From the NCBI GenBank assembly GCA_029864565.1, contig JAOTTD010000002.1, forward strand, positions 11,885-75,884: DNA of 64,000 nucleotides, read 5' to 3'. Each line of letters starts with the position of its first letter. Position 1 is the first letter of the stretch. This document shows positions 35,335 to 44,911 of the stretch, piece by piece. The notes beneath the pieces are model-generated. The model made no database searches. It was not told where the DNA came from and was given only the letters and a program-made list of their open reading frames with translations. Position numbers and translations under genes: made by a program. Source of the stretch: Thermoplasmata archaeon (lineage in GTDB: Archaea > Thermoplasmatota > Thermoplasmata > UBA10834).

Positions 35335-36384
35335 TCACGAATGCCCGAAAACGAATAGAAGCACTATGTAAGAGAGATACAGGGTTCCTGACGCAAGCAT
35401 CGTCTTGTAGCTAAGGTATCCCTTGTACTTCACGCAGTAATATATCCATGCGGAGGCCCCAAGCGCGACTACGATGCTCGCTACGTTGATCGGTGCGAGT
35501 GTCCAATCTGTGAACAAAAGCCCGATGGTGACAGGAATGCAGCTCTGGAATACCATGGCGCCCGTAATGTTGCCGAGCGCGAGGACGTCCTTGGACCGCC
35601 AATACCATATGAAGCTGTTGAACTTCTCCGGCAACTCCGTCGCAATCGGAGCGACTAGGAACGCCAGAATCATCGCTGGAACGCCAATCGAATACGAGAC
35701 CGTTTCGATCCCGTCGACGAACACCTTCGCTCCTGCGATGATTCCGATAAGTGACGCGATGACCTGCAGAGATATTAGTGCCATGCCGCGGGCGCCTGCA
35801 GTGGATATTCCCGTGAGCCTCGTCAGATGAAGAGTCGGGCAGCTGCTTTCCAGAATGGTCGTCTCGTCCCTTAGTGTCCGGCGGACGTATATCACATAGG
35901 ATATGATAAGCATTAGAGCGATTGCATAATTGCCCCCTCTAAGGTTCAATTCGGACTGCATCCCCCAGAGCCCTGCGACGAGAGCGAGCGTGTACGCCAT
36001 CATGAAGAATTTCAGGTCACGAAGTGCGTGAACAGAGTCCATATGCAACCTGGTGCTGGTTCTCTTGCCCCGCTTGTACGCGAGCAGCACGGCAATGCCA
36101 CCTATGAACATGGCTAGTGTTCCAAGCATGAAGGGAGCGCCAAGAATGGCGCCCTCGCCAATCTCATGGCCCTCCGCCTCGCTTCCGTAGAAGATGGCGA
36201 TTATGGGGACTATCGTCTCTGGCAGCGCTGTGCCGACAGCGGCAAGAATGCTGCCAGTGGCCGACTCGGCGAGACCGAGCCTGCAGCCCAGCCATTCGAT
36301 GCCGTTCGTGAAGATCTCGCAGCTTATGAGTATCAACAGAAGCGACAGTATCAACGTCACGATGTTGATTGCTTCAAGAGCCAT
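35335..36384 (-). CDS. Ca2+/cation antiporter family protein (CaCA, YrbG-like)
   Basis: Two alpha-repeat signatures, GTALPE (N-terminal half) and ATELPE (C-terminal half), in a 10-TM protein. Confidence 0.85.
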   Translation of the reverse strand: MALEAINIVTLILSLLLILISCEIFTNGIEWLGCRLGLAESATGSILAAVGTALPETIVPIIAIFYGSEAEGHEIGEGAILGAPFMLGTLAMFIGGIAVLLAYKRGKRTSTRLHMDSVHALRDLKFFMMAYTLALVAGLWGMQSELNLRGGNYAIALMLIISYVIYVRRTLRDETTILESSCPTLHLTRLTGISTAGARGMALISLQVIASLIGIIAGAKVFVDGIETVSYSIGVPAMILAFLVAPIATELPEKFNSFIWYWRSKDVLALGNITGAMVFQSCIPVTIGLLFTDWTLAPINVASIVVALGASAWIYYCVKYKGYLSYKTMLASGTLYLSYIVLLFVFGHS

Positions 36385-36522
36385 ATCGGAGTCGTTCTTC
36401 GTCTATGAGAGGTCGATATATAAAGCCATCTGAGGATTGCCAGAAAGGTTGCGGGCGGCGGCCTCGTGAGCGCCTGACAGTTCCACAAATATTAAGTAAT
36501 TCGAGCATCTGCCAGACCAACG

Positions 36523-37800
36523 ATGTCTAGCATCTTCAGAGGCAGAGGCATCAGAACGCCATGGCATCTGAAGGTGCTGTACCTATCCACCTTCTTCCTG
36601 AGGGTCGCCTTCGGCGCGCTCCTGCTTCTGATTGCGAAGTATGTCCCAAGCGAGACCGATTACGAAGGGCTCCTCAATGTCGCGATCATAGCCGTGCCGT
36701 ATCCGCTGGCTGAGATGCTGACAGCTAACTACTTCGGCATACTCAGCGACAGAACCGGCAGAAAGCCCATCATCGTGCTCGGCACCACGCTCGCCGCGTC
36801 GATTGTCCTGCTGTACACCCTGTCCAACAACGTATGGTACTTAGCAGGGATGCACGGCATACACGGCATAGGCGCGGCTGCGACGGTTGCCCCGGCCATC
36901 GCGATGATCGCAGACCACGCCGAGTCGTGTGACCGCGGACGACAAATGGGGTGGTTCGACTACGCAACATTCCTCGGGTACATCATCGGCGCTGTCGCCG
37001 GAGGGTTTCTTATAGACCTCGTCGGGGCGAAAGCCGGGTTCGTACTGATAGCAGGGCTGCTGATCACATCCGCGCTGATGCTCCAGCTCCTCGTCAAGAA
37101 GGAGAAGGTACGAGTCAAGTCCGAAAGCCTGATGGCTTGGCACAACCTGAAGAAGGTGTTCAAGGTACGTGAGGTGAGACTGATGTTCCCGATCTGGCTC
37201 ATAATAGCGACGCTCCTCGGCCTGGCAATCACCTATCTTCCCAGAATCATGCTCAGCGAGGACATCAGCGGCAGCACGATAGGACTGATGTTCGGGGCGG
37301 CTGGCGTGGCCCTGGGGCTGTTTCAGCCATTCTGGGGGAAGGTCTCGGATATCGTCGGAAGGATCCCGGTCATGGCATACGGCGTCTTCTGCATCCTCGG
37401 CATAATAATCATGGCACTCTTCTTCTCAGATTCGATATACACCAAGGTGGACGACGAGATTGTGTTCCACATCGCAGGGCTCATCCCGCTCGCATTGTTA
37501 GGAGTTGGCGTCGGGGCCTTCGTACCCGCTGCCCTTGCGCTTATGGCGGACTCCTCGAGCGAGGACTGCTACGGCGCGACGATGGGGCTGTATTCTTTCG
37601 CGTTGGGGTTCGGGGCGTTCATCGCGGAGAGTACGGGCCTTGCTATCATCGTCATAAGTGGAAACGAGACAGCTCCAATGTGGCTGCTGTATTTCGCCGC
37701 AGCATTGATATTCCTCGCAGTAGTGTTGATGATCGCGTTCTTCATATCGGGCATGATGAGGAAATGGATCGGAAGCCGCGGATGTGCGGACGATGATTGA
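36523..37800 (+). CDS. MFS transporter
   Basis: 12-TM architecture with the MFS loop 2-3 motif GILSDRTGRKPII. Confidence 0.85.
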   Translation: MSSIFRGRGIRTPWHLKVLYLSTFFLRVAFGALLLLIAKYVPSETDYEGLLNVAIIAVPYPLAEMLTANYFGILSDRTGRKPIIVLGTTLAASIVLLYTLSNNVWYLAGMHGIHGIGAAATVAPAIAMIADHAESCDRGRQMGWFDYATFLGYIIGAVAGGFLIDLVGAKAGFVLIAGLLITSALMLQLLVKKEKVRVKSESLMAWHNLKKVFKVREVRLMFPIWLIIATLLGLAITYLPRIMLSEDISGSTIGLMFGAAGVALGLFQPFWGKVSDIVGRIPVMAYGVFCILGIIIMALFFSDSIYTKVDDEIVFHIAGLIPLALLGVGVGAFVPAALALMADSSSEDCYGATMGLYSFALGFGAFIAESTGLAIIVISGNETAPMWLLYFAAALIFLAVVLMIAFFISGMMRKWIGSRGCADDD

Positions 37801-38812
37801 GATAGACGGGTCATTGGGTGAAGGCGGGGGACAGGTGCTCCGGACGTCCATTGCGCTTTCCGCGGTGACACAACAACCTGTGCGGGTGGTTAAGATAAGA
37901 GCGGGCAGGCCCAAGCCTGGCCTGTCGCCCCAGCATGTTACGAGTGTCGAGGCGGTCGCCGCGCTTTGCGACGCGACGGTGGAAGGGCTTTGCATAGGTG
38001 CTCAAGAAATCCGATTCCGCCCAGGAGCACTGCTGGGTGGTGGATACATATTCGATATTGGAACGGCTGGCAGCATCTCGTTGGTGGTGCTGAGCTGCCT
38101 GCTGCCTGCAGCGCTGTCCAAAAGCAAGGTGGATATGGTCGTCACGGGCGGGACGGACGTGAAATGGGCCCCGCCGATAGACCATTTGCTGAGAGTCCAT
38201 GTCCCCATTGCAGAGAGGTTCGGACTCCGATGCTCTGCGGAACTCATCTCAAGGGGATTCTATCCCGAAGGAGGCGGTGAGGTTCGCATCGAGGTCGTTC
38301 CCTCCGGGGGGTTACTGGGAGTGAGCCTGAATGAACGATGTTCGCCTACTCGCATCAAAGGAATAGCCTATTCTCAGAACCTCCCAGAACACGTCGTTAG
38401 CCGGATGCGACATGCTGCCATGAGGAAGCTCATACCAATGGGCGGGGCTGAAATCGAACCTGATGTTAGACGCGGACGCAGCACCGGAGCGGGAATCTTC
38501 CTAGAAGCTGATCGCGGCCAATCCTTGATTGGCCAGTCGGCCCTTGGCCAGAGGGGGGTGAGGGCGGAGGCTCTCGGCGAGTCGTGCGCGTCCGACCTTT
38601 TGGAGACTGTCGAGTCAGCCGCGACGGTCGACATGCACATGCTAGACCAGGTGCTTCTGTACATGGCCTTGGCGCGCGGGCCGTCGGTTGTTGTCGCCGA
38701 AAAGATGACGAGGCACGCCAAAACCAACATAGCAGTGATAGAGCAACTCCTAGACCGGCGATTCACCGTGATTGAGAATGACGACGGTTCAGTCGAATTG
38801 GCGATCGACTAG
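37793..38812 (+). CDS. rtcA: RNA 3'-terminal phosphate cyclase
   Basis: MIEIDGSLGEGGGQVLRTSIALSAVT, RAGRPKPGLSPQH, and a later H in the DMHMLDQ context. ATG 37793 overlaps the MFS stop. Confidence 0.9.
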   Translation: MIEIDGSLGEGGGQVLRTSIALSAVTQQPVRVVKIRAGRPKPGLSPQHVTSVEAVAALCDATVEGLCIGAQEIRFRPGALLGGGYIFDIGTAGSISLVVLSCLLPAALSKSKVDMVVTGGTDVKWAPPIDHLLRVHVPIAERFGLRCSAELISRGFYPEGGGEVRIEVVPSGGLLGVSLNERCSPTRIKGIAYSQNLPEHVVSRMRHAAMRKLIPMGGAEIEPDVRRGRSTGAGIFLEADRGQSLIGQSALGQRGVRAEALGESCASDLLETVESAATVDMHMLDQVLLYMALARGPSVVVAEKMTRHAKTNIAVIEQLLDRRFTVIENDDGSVELAID

Positions 38813-39606
38813 CCGTACATAGATGGACGCGGCGCTTCCTTGCTGTCCTTCCTGACAACCGCCTGCTTCTGTATCTCCCTGATATGGTCTTCAATCCGCT
38901 GCGACTCCTCGAACAGGGGCTTGGCGTCGAACTCGATCCCGAGCAGGATTCGGTCTATGGCCTCGAGGACCAGCGCGGCGGCCTTCGCGTCGGGAAAATC
39001 TGGGTGTGCTTCCGCTAGCAGGGTGACCACATTGAAATCGCGCTTTCGCCCCTCGTTGAGCAACACGCCCGCAACGCCGGAAATGACGCCCTCCTCGAAG
39101 GTGCGGATATTGTTCTCTTTCAGCAGCTCGCGAGCGCCTGGCGTACTCGCAATGCCGAACACCACATCGCTGATGTCCGCGGTATCCCTGAGCTCGGGGT
39201 CGACGACCAGACCCTCTGGCGAAACGATCATCTTGCACCGCTGCTCAATCGCCCATTTCACGAGCGAATGGGCAATCGGGCGTATCAGCGAAGCCGGCGG
39301 CTGGAACTCCGATATGAAGGCCACTATCCGGTCCCCCCTCCTGCCCTTCTCACCAGCGTAGATCCTCACAGGGCTTAGGGGCTTGGAGTCGCGTATGAGG
39401 GACACGGTCGGGAAGTACTCGGAATCCATGATGCCGACGTGTTCCAGGTTCAGCACCTTGATTAGATAATTGGCGGCAATCGAGCTTACAAGACCTACGC
39501 TCGGAAAGCCATCGATTATCGTGGCACCCTTGAGATCCACGCGCTTCAGCTCATGGATGCTGATATCCCCGATATCCATGGATTGCCCGAATGTGGTAGT
39601 CGACAT
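38809..39606 (-). CDS. PAC2-family proteasome assembly chaperone-like protein (PbaA/PbaB-like)
   Basis: GATIIDGFPSVGLVSSIAANYLI matches the PAC2 N-terminal pattern. The C-terminus ...PSMYG fits a hydrophobic-Tyr-X (HbYX) tail. Confidence 0.7.
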   Translation of the reverse strand: MSTTTFGQSMDIGDISIHELKRVDLKGATIIDGFPSVGLVSSIAANYLIKVLNLEHVGIMDSEYFPTVSLIRDSKPLSPVRIYAGEKGRRGDRIVAFISEFQPPASLIRPIAHSLVKWAIEQRCKMIVSPEGLVVDPELRDTADISDVVFGIASTPGARELLKENNIRTFEEGVISGVAGVLLNEGRKRDFNVVTLLAEAHPDFPDAKAAALVLEAIDRILLGIEFDAKPLFEESQRIEDHIREIQKQAVVRKDSKEAPRPSMYG

Positions 39607-39732
39607 ATAAGTCTTGGCAGACTGACAAATAATCGATTGCAGCCCGCGTCTGGATTACCAGGGAACACTGACTGACGTGGGGTTCATCAGAAAGCTTCTT
39701 AGTAACTATTGTGATGCTGGGGAACGGTACAC

Positions 39733-40365
39733 TTGAAGATAACCATCAACTGCGCCATGTCGGCGGATGGCAAAATCGCCCTGAACAGCCGCAAGCAGAC
39801 CGATATCTCCAACGAACCCGACAAGAAGCGCGTTCATGAGATGAGGAATTCGGTCGATGCGATACTAGTCGGTATAGGTACGGTGCTGACGGACGATCCG
39901 AAACTGACGGTCAAGGAGAAGTATGTCCACAATCCTCAGAACCCCATCCGAATCGTGCTGGATTCAAGAGGCCGCACGCCTCCGCACGCGAAGGTGCTGA
40001 ACGGGGAAGCGAAGACCGTTATCGTGACCGCCGAGGAATGCACCAAGGAATTCCCGAACGCTGAGACCATTCGGTGCGGGAGCGGCAGGATAGACATCCA
40101 GCGGCTCGCGCTAATGCTCGAAGAGAGGGGGATTCGGTCGATGCTCGTCGAGGGGGGTGCGGAGGTCATATGGTCGTTCCTGAAGACGCGCCTTGCGGAC
40201 GAGATGCTCATCTTCATAGGCAGTATGGTCATAGGCGGCGATTCTTCGCCAACGCCTGCTGGCGGGACTGGCGCGTCAGCCATGAATGAAGTCGTTGAGC
40301 TGCGGCTCCGGAATGCCGAGGTTGTCGGAGACGGTGTTCTAGTTGAATATGAGGTGGTAAAGTGA
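39733..40365 (+). CDS. 2,5-diamino-6-ribosylamino-4(3H)-pyrimidinone 5'-phosphate reductase (RibD C-terminal domain type)
   Basis: ITINCAMSADGKIA, VDAILVGIGTVLTDDPKLTV, MLVEGGAEV. TTG start. Confidence 0.8.
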   Translation: MKITINCAMSADGKIALNSRKQTDISNEPDKKRVHEMRNSVDAILVGIGTVLTDDPKLTVKEKYVHNPQNPIRIVLDSRGRTPPHAKVLNGEAKTVIVTAEECTKEFPNAETIRCGSGRIDIQRLALMLEERGIRSMLVEGGAEVIWSFLKTRLADEMLIFIGSMVIGGDSSPTPAGGTGASAMNEVVELRLRNAEVVGDGVLVEYEVVK

Positions 40366-40826
40366 CTGACACTGACGACCGCCCTCGATTCGTGGCAGAC
40401 AGCATGCTCGGGTCGCTCGCACGATGGTTGCGGATGCTCGGTTACGACACCACCTATGGAAAGCACCTGGACGATGATGAGATAGCCCGCCTTGCATCCA
40501 CAGAGAATCGTCATATACTGACCCGAGACAAAGAGCTAGCGAATCGACCAGGCGCGACGTACGTTGAGCATGACGATTTGGACTCGCAGCTGAGACTTGT
40601 GTGTGGCGACCACGGCCTGTTGTTTGACGAAGAAGCAATCAGATGCTCCGCGTGCAACGGAGACCTCGCGGACGTGGCGAAGGATGAGGTCTCGGAGCAG
40701 GTGCCCGAGGGCGCCTTGGAGAGCAACGACAAGTTCTGGAGATGCGAGGCGTGCGGCAAAATCTACTGGAGAGGCTCGCATTGGCTCGGAATACTCGAGA
40801 GGTTCAAGAAGCTCAACCTCGCTTAG
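40362..40826 (+). CDS. Mut7-C (DUF82) PIN-like RNase domain protein with Zn ribbon
   Basis: FVADSMLGSLARWLRMLGYDT, ILTRDKEL, CSACNG...FWRCEACGKIYWRGSHW. The GTG start overlaps the reductase stop (GTGA). Confidence 0.8.
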   Translation: MTDTDDRPRFVADSMLGSLARWLRMLGYDTTYGKHLDDDEIARLASTENRHILTRDKELANRPGATYVEHDDLDSQLRLVCGDHGLLFDEEAIRCSACNGDLADVAKDEVSEQVPEGALESNDKFWRCEACGKIYWRGSHWLGILERFKKLNLA

Positions 40827-41760
40827 ACTCTGGCCCGTGGAGATGCTCGCTTATTATCTTTCCACTTGACGAGTTGATGAGCAGCGCGCCCCCCTTGCCT
40901 TCGACACACCAGACAGGCAGATAGACCAGCCCCTTCGGCTCTATCACGATTGCGTTCTCGTGCGAGCGGGACCTCTCGATGACCTCGGAGTGGCCGTAAT
41001 CTCGGACGGTCTCAACGTATGACCGGTACTCTTTCGACACGACTTCGCGCGCCATATCCAACGCTCTATCCTCCTCGACGGTCGGCTCCCTCTTCGAGCT
41101 TGGTGCGTCGATGGCATCCACGAGTTCGAAGCCCCATCGCCAAGTCTCCACGTGTTCGGTCATTGCGTTCACGGCCACAATGCCCGCTCTCTGTTGATTC
41201 TCGTCGATGTTCAGGACGTAGTGGAACAGGAAATGCGGGATCAATTCGAGGTCGAATCTGTATCCTTGCACCTCGTGTCGAGCGATGTACTTGACGTCTT
41301 CGAGGGTGATTGTCGGTTTTACGATCTGCTCGGAACGCTCCTCGGTGCTCTCGATAATGATTGGCACGGACTGCTCTGGTGGCTCAGTGAGCACCTGTGG
41401 CATCTCGTCTGAGATCACTTCGTCCAAGAGGCTGCCGTCATCCTCCTTGGACTCGCTGCGGAGGTGCAACGTGCCAATCTCGTGCTCCATCTCCTCCCTG
41501 CCCCAATAATAGATGCCCCTAACCTGAAGGTGCTTCTGCACGCGATCGTCAATCTTGGAGAGTGAAGCTACGACCTTCCTTCCGGAGAAGTTCTTCACAT
41601 TTCGGATAAAATCGTCGATGTCATCTGCAATCAGGTGGCTGGCAGCCATGATGACAACTGAGACGTCTTCGCGCTGGCCGTACAAGTAGCCGTCTCTCTC
41701 CTCCACCTCGAACTGCTTGGATTCGAGTATCTGAACAAGATGGTCCTTCAGAGTGGTCAT
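40813..41760 (-). CDS. Hypothetical two-domain protein
   Basis: Protein-like composition throughout. N-terminal ~110 aa, acidic linker, C-terminal ~170 aa. Start trimmed to MTTLKDHL (41760); the listed start is 41817. No family confidently recognised. Confidence 0.6.
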   Translation of the reverse strand: MTTLKDHLVQILESKQFEVEERDGYLYGQREDVSVVIMAASHLIADDIDDFIRNVKNFSGRKVVASLSKIDDRVQKHLQVRGIYYWGREEMEHEIGTLHLRSESKEDDGSLLDEVISDEMPQVLTEPPEQSVPIIIESTEERSEQIVKPTITLEDVKYIARHEVQGYRFDLELIPHFLFHYVLNIDENQQRAGIVAVNAMTEHVETWRWGFELVDAIDAPSSKREPTVEEDRALDMAREVVSKEYRSYVETVRDYGHSEVIERSRSHENAIVIEPKGLVYLPVWCVEGKGGALLINSSSGKIISEHLHGPESKRG

Positions 41761-41892
41761 CCCGGTACCTTCGACAGTGATTGTCGGGCCGTGATAAAAG
41801 GCTTCTGAGCACAGCATGAAGGGTGCGCAAACTAATTAGCCTCACCGATACGATATTGCAGCGCACCAGAGTGTTCGAAGGACTCGCGGAAC

Positions 41893-42315
41893 GTGCTTGA
41901 GATGCGATTGGTATCGTTAGGTCCGATAGCCTTGCTCGCAGCCGGCCTATCATTGGTGGCTATTTCTGTGGCCAGCGGCGAGACCGACGTGTCGCTGGTG
42001 GTAATCTTCCCAGTCCTCTCCGGCTCCAGTCTGTCGTTCTTGGTTGGCGTCGCGCTCGTCGTGGCGGGGACACTATCTGGCTTCCTGTTGATGGCCGCGA
42101 TGCCTTTCGGATTGGTGCATAACCACCGTGATTCCAGTCTTGATGGCGCCGGTCAGGCAGACAACAGGAAGGGCTCGAAAATCGGCGGAGTCGTCCTCAT
42201 AGGTCCTATACCCATAGCCTTCGGCTCAAGCGCGCGGATCGCCTATGCGATGCTCGCTGTCGCCGTGGGAATTGTATTGATTATGCTGGCACTAGCTCTC
42301 CTCGTCTTCCTCTAG
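41893..42315 (+). CDS. DUF131-like small integral membrane protein
   Basis: Three or four TM segments and the IGGVVLIGPIPIAFGS motif remembered from archaeal DUF131/TIGR00304 proteins. Confidence 0.6.
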   Translation: MLEMRLVSLGPIALLAAGLSLVAISVASGETDVSLVVIFPVLSGSSLSFLVGVALVVAGTLSGFLLMAAMPFGLVHNHRDSSLDGAGQADNRKGSKIGGVVLIGPIPIAFGSSARIAYAMLAVAVGIVLIMLALALLVFL

Positions 42316-42507
42316 CGTCTTGAGGGCATCTTCAATCTTGATCTTCTTCGAGGAAGCCATCTCCCTCAGGTTCGACATCGCTGTGATGTAGAACTGATAA
42401 TCCATACCTCTGCGCCTTACAGCGCGGCCGACCGCTCTCTCGATAGGCTCCTTGCGTTGCCGCGTCCTTGCAGCCTCAATCAGCACCTCTTTGATCGACT
42501 GATTCAT
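42292..42507 (-). CDS. Hypothetical small basic/acidic protein downstream of guaAA
   Basis: 71 aa starting 4 nt after the guaAA stop, on the same strand. Plausible composition. No family recognised. Confidence 0.45.
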   Translation of the reverse strand: MNQSIKEVLIEAARTRQRKEPIERAVGRAVRRRGMDYQFYITAMSNLREMASSKKIKIEDALKTLEEDEES

Positions 42508-42510
42508 CGC

Positions 42511-43086
42511 TCAGCCCTTCTTGTACGCTTCGCACACGTCTAGAAATGCCTGGAATATCTCATAGCCGTTGTCCGTGTGCTCGACCTCAGGATGGAATTG
42601 AAGGCCGAATAGCGGCCGTGATTCGTGTCGCATCGCTTGAACGGGGCAAGTCTCTGAGTTCGCGAGCAGTTTGAATCCCGGCGGGAGGACGGTCACCTCA
42701 TCGTTGTGTGACTCCCATGCTATGAACGATTCCGGCAGGCCCTTGAAGAGATCATCCTCGTCGACGACGCTTATCAGCGTCTTCCCGAACTCAGGTGTGG
42801 CTGACGGTTCGGCCTTCCCGCCCATATGTATGGCCATGAACTGATGGCCGGCGCATATGCCGAGTATGGGCATATCCAGGTTGTCCAGATAACCGCCGCA
42901 CATCCCCATGGCCTCGCCATCCAATCCTACTCTTGGAGATCCGCCCGAAAGCACGAGCCCGTCCGCGACCATGGCGTCGACCGGCTTCCTGTTCGAGACA
43001 ATCTCTGTTTCCGCCCCGAGATCACGCAGCACGCGCCACTCACGATGGGTCCATTGGCCACCGTTGTCGACCACCAAAACTCGCAT
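42511..43086 (-). CDS. guaAA: GMP synthase subunit A (glutamine amidotransferase)
   Basis: MRVLVVDNGGQWTHREWR, catalytic GICAGHQ, FHPEVEHT. Start trimmed to ATG 43086; the listed 43146 start overlaps guaAB. Confidence 0.88.
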   Translation of the reverse strand: MRVLVVDNGGQWTHREWRVLRDLGAETEIVSNRKPVDAMVADGLVLSGGSPRVGLDGEAMGMCGGYLDNLDMPILGICAGHQFMAIHMGGKAEPSATPEFGKTLISVVDEDDLFKGLPESFIAWESHNDEVTVLPPGFKLLANSETCPVQAMRHESRPLFGLQFHPEVEHTDNGYEIFQAFLDVCEAYKKG

Positions 43087-43132
43087 GCAGGAGGGAATAT
43101 TGCAGGAGTATAAAGCCTCTGCTGAGCCGCGC

Positions 43133-44080
43133 CTACTCCCACTCAATAGTGGCTGGAGGTTTGTCCGTTATGTCGTAGACGACTCTATTGACCCTGTCCC
43201 TCATAGTGTTGGTAATTCTGCGGGATATCGTCTCAAGCACATCATGAGGAATCTTCATGTACGCTGCGGACATCGCGTCCAATGACTCCACCGCCCTCAC
43301 CGCGACGGTGTAACCATAAGCTCTGACATCTCCCTGAACGCCGACGCTCTTGACCGGGAGCAGCACGGCGAAGTATTGCCAGGGCATATCCATCTTGCCG
43401 GCCGCAGCGGCCTTCTCGATCTCCTCTTCGACAATCGCACAGGCTTCCCTGACGATGTCGACAGCTTCGCGGGTCGGCTCCCCCATCACCCTGATGGCGA
43501 GTGCGGGGCCTGGGAACGGCTGTCTCTCGGCGACCTCGATCTTCAACGCACGGGCGACTTTCCTAACCTCGTCCTTGTACAGGTCTCGAAGGGGCTCGAC
43601 GAGCTTCATGTTCATGTCGATTGGGAGGCCGCCAACGTTGTGATGCGACTTTATCACGTCTCTGAGGCCGCCGCCGCTCTCAATCCAGTCAGGGGCGATC
43701 GTTCCCTGGACGAGATACTCGACGCCCGACTTTTTCGCCTCCCTCTCGAAGACGCGTATGAACTTCTCACCGATGATCTTACGCTTCTTCTCAGGGTCGA
43801 CGACTCCCTTGAGCGCCTCGAAATACTCATCACTGGCATCGACGGTGATGTGGTTGACTCCCAGCCGCCTCAGCATGCCGTCGACGGCTTTGGTCTCGCC
43901 CTTTCTCATGAACCCGGTGTCGACATACACGGCCAGCAGCCGGTCGCCTATGGCCTTGCTTACGATGGCGGCGCACACCGTGCTGTCCACGCCCCCCGAG
44001 GCTGCGATTATCGCCTTGCCCTTGATGGTCTCACGCAGCTTTTGCATCTGATCGTCGATGAACCTCTCCGGGTCGAACAT
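43133..44080 (-). CDS. guaAB: GMP synthase subunit B (ATP pyrophosphatase)
   Basis: PP-loop ASGGVDSTV, VDTGFMRKGE, HHNVGGLP, C-terminal PPATIEWE. Confidence 0.92.
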   Translation of the reverse strand: MFDPERFIDDQMQKLRETIKGKAIIAASGGVDSTVCAAIVSKAIGDRLLAVYVDTGFMRKGETKAVDGMLRRLGVNHITVDASDEYFEALKGVVDPEKKRKIIGEKFIRVFEREAKKSGVEYLVQGTIAPDWIESGGGLRDVIKSHHNVGGLPIDMNMKLVEPLRDLYKDEVRKVARALKIEVAERQPFPGPALAIRVMGEPTREAVDIVREACAIVEEEIEKAAAAGKMDMPWQYFAVLLPVKSVGVQGDVRAYGYTVAVRAVESLDAMSAAYMKIPHDVLETISRRITNTMRDRVNRVVYDITDKPPATIEWE

Positions 44081-44545
44081 CTAACCATCAACTTCCCTGG
44101 AGTCCGTGGCCACCTTGTCCTTCAGCTTATGCCTATACCCTTCGAGCGCGTCCAAAATCCGCTCATCCTTGAGCGAGAGTATCTGCGCCGCTAGCAGGGC
44201 GGCGTTCTCTCCCCTATCGAGCCCGACCGCTGCGACAGGAATGCCTGGGGGCATCTGCACGACCGACAAGATCGCATCCAGATTCAACGTCCCGCTGACA
44301 GGCACGCCTATTACCGGACGGTTGGTCCGCGCCGCTATGACGCCTGGGAGAGCGGCTGACAGACCGGCTATCGCAATGAACACCTCGGCCTCTGCCTCGG
44401 AGACGAGCTTGTCGACCAGCTCCGGGGTTCTGTGGGCGCTGGCGATGCTCAACTTGTACTTCACACCCAGCTCCTTCAACACCGCGGTGGCTTTCTCCGC
44501 CACCTTTAGGTCGCTCTTGCTGCCTAGAACTATCTGGATACTCAT
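44081..44545 (-). CDS. purE: N5-carboxyaminoimidazole ribonucleotide mutase / AIR carboxylase catalytic subunit
   Basis: IVLGSKSDL, SAHRTP, AGLSAALPGVIAA, VIGVPV. The stop abuts the guaAB start. Confidence 0.9.
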   Translation of the reverse strand: MSIQIVLGSKSDLKVAEKATAVLKELGVKYKLSIASAHRTPELVDKLVSEAEAEVFIAIAGLSAALPGVIAARTNRPVIGVPVSGTLNLDAILSVVQMPPGIPVAAVGLDRGENAALLAAQILSLKDERILDALEGYRHKLKDKVATDSREVDG

Positions 44546-44588
44546 CGAAGAGGTGAGAGGTGGAGTTTGTAGAAAAAGGTTTGCGCGC

Positions 44589-44897
44589 TCACGACTTCAT
44601 AATCGCGAGGAGGAACATCCCGATCGCAAGAACGGCGCCTATGACGCCCGCGAGGATGTACAGGAACGCGTCCCATATCACCTTGCCAAGATTGACCTCT
44701 AAGACATTGACGGAATCCAATCCCATCACGACCCACAGCACGCCGACTGCGAGCCCGATTGCGACCAGGATTACGCCGATCATTCTGCTCTTGCCGCTTC
44801 CAAAGTACGCCGTAAACACGCCTGCGAGAAGCATGAACAGAGCAAACACGAGGACAATCACTGTCAGAAACTCAATTAACTCCACCGAATCCACCAA
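44589..44897 (-). CDS. Hypothetical small membrane protein
   Basis: 102 aa, three clear hydrophobic helices. No family recognised. Confidence 0.5.
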   Translation of the reverse strand: MVDSVELIEFLTVIVLVFALFMLLAGVFTAYFGSGKSRMIGVILVAIGLAVGVLWVVMGLDSVNVLEVNLGKVIWDAFLYILAGVIGAVLAIGMFLLAIMKS

Positions 44898-44911
44898 CCA
44901 CGACCTGCGAC

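Noticed and set aside
36385-36522. Possible regulatory RNA or small gene between the CaCA and MFS genes
   Set aside because: The spacer is adequately explained by two divergent TATA-like promoters (gatatataaagc serving the minus-strand gene, caaatattaagtaa serving the plus-strand gene). No ORF or repeat was seen.
43376-44194. 272-aa plus-strand ORF over guaAB/purE
   Set aside because: It is antisense to two conserved biosynthetic genes and has shadow-frame composition.
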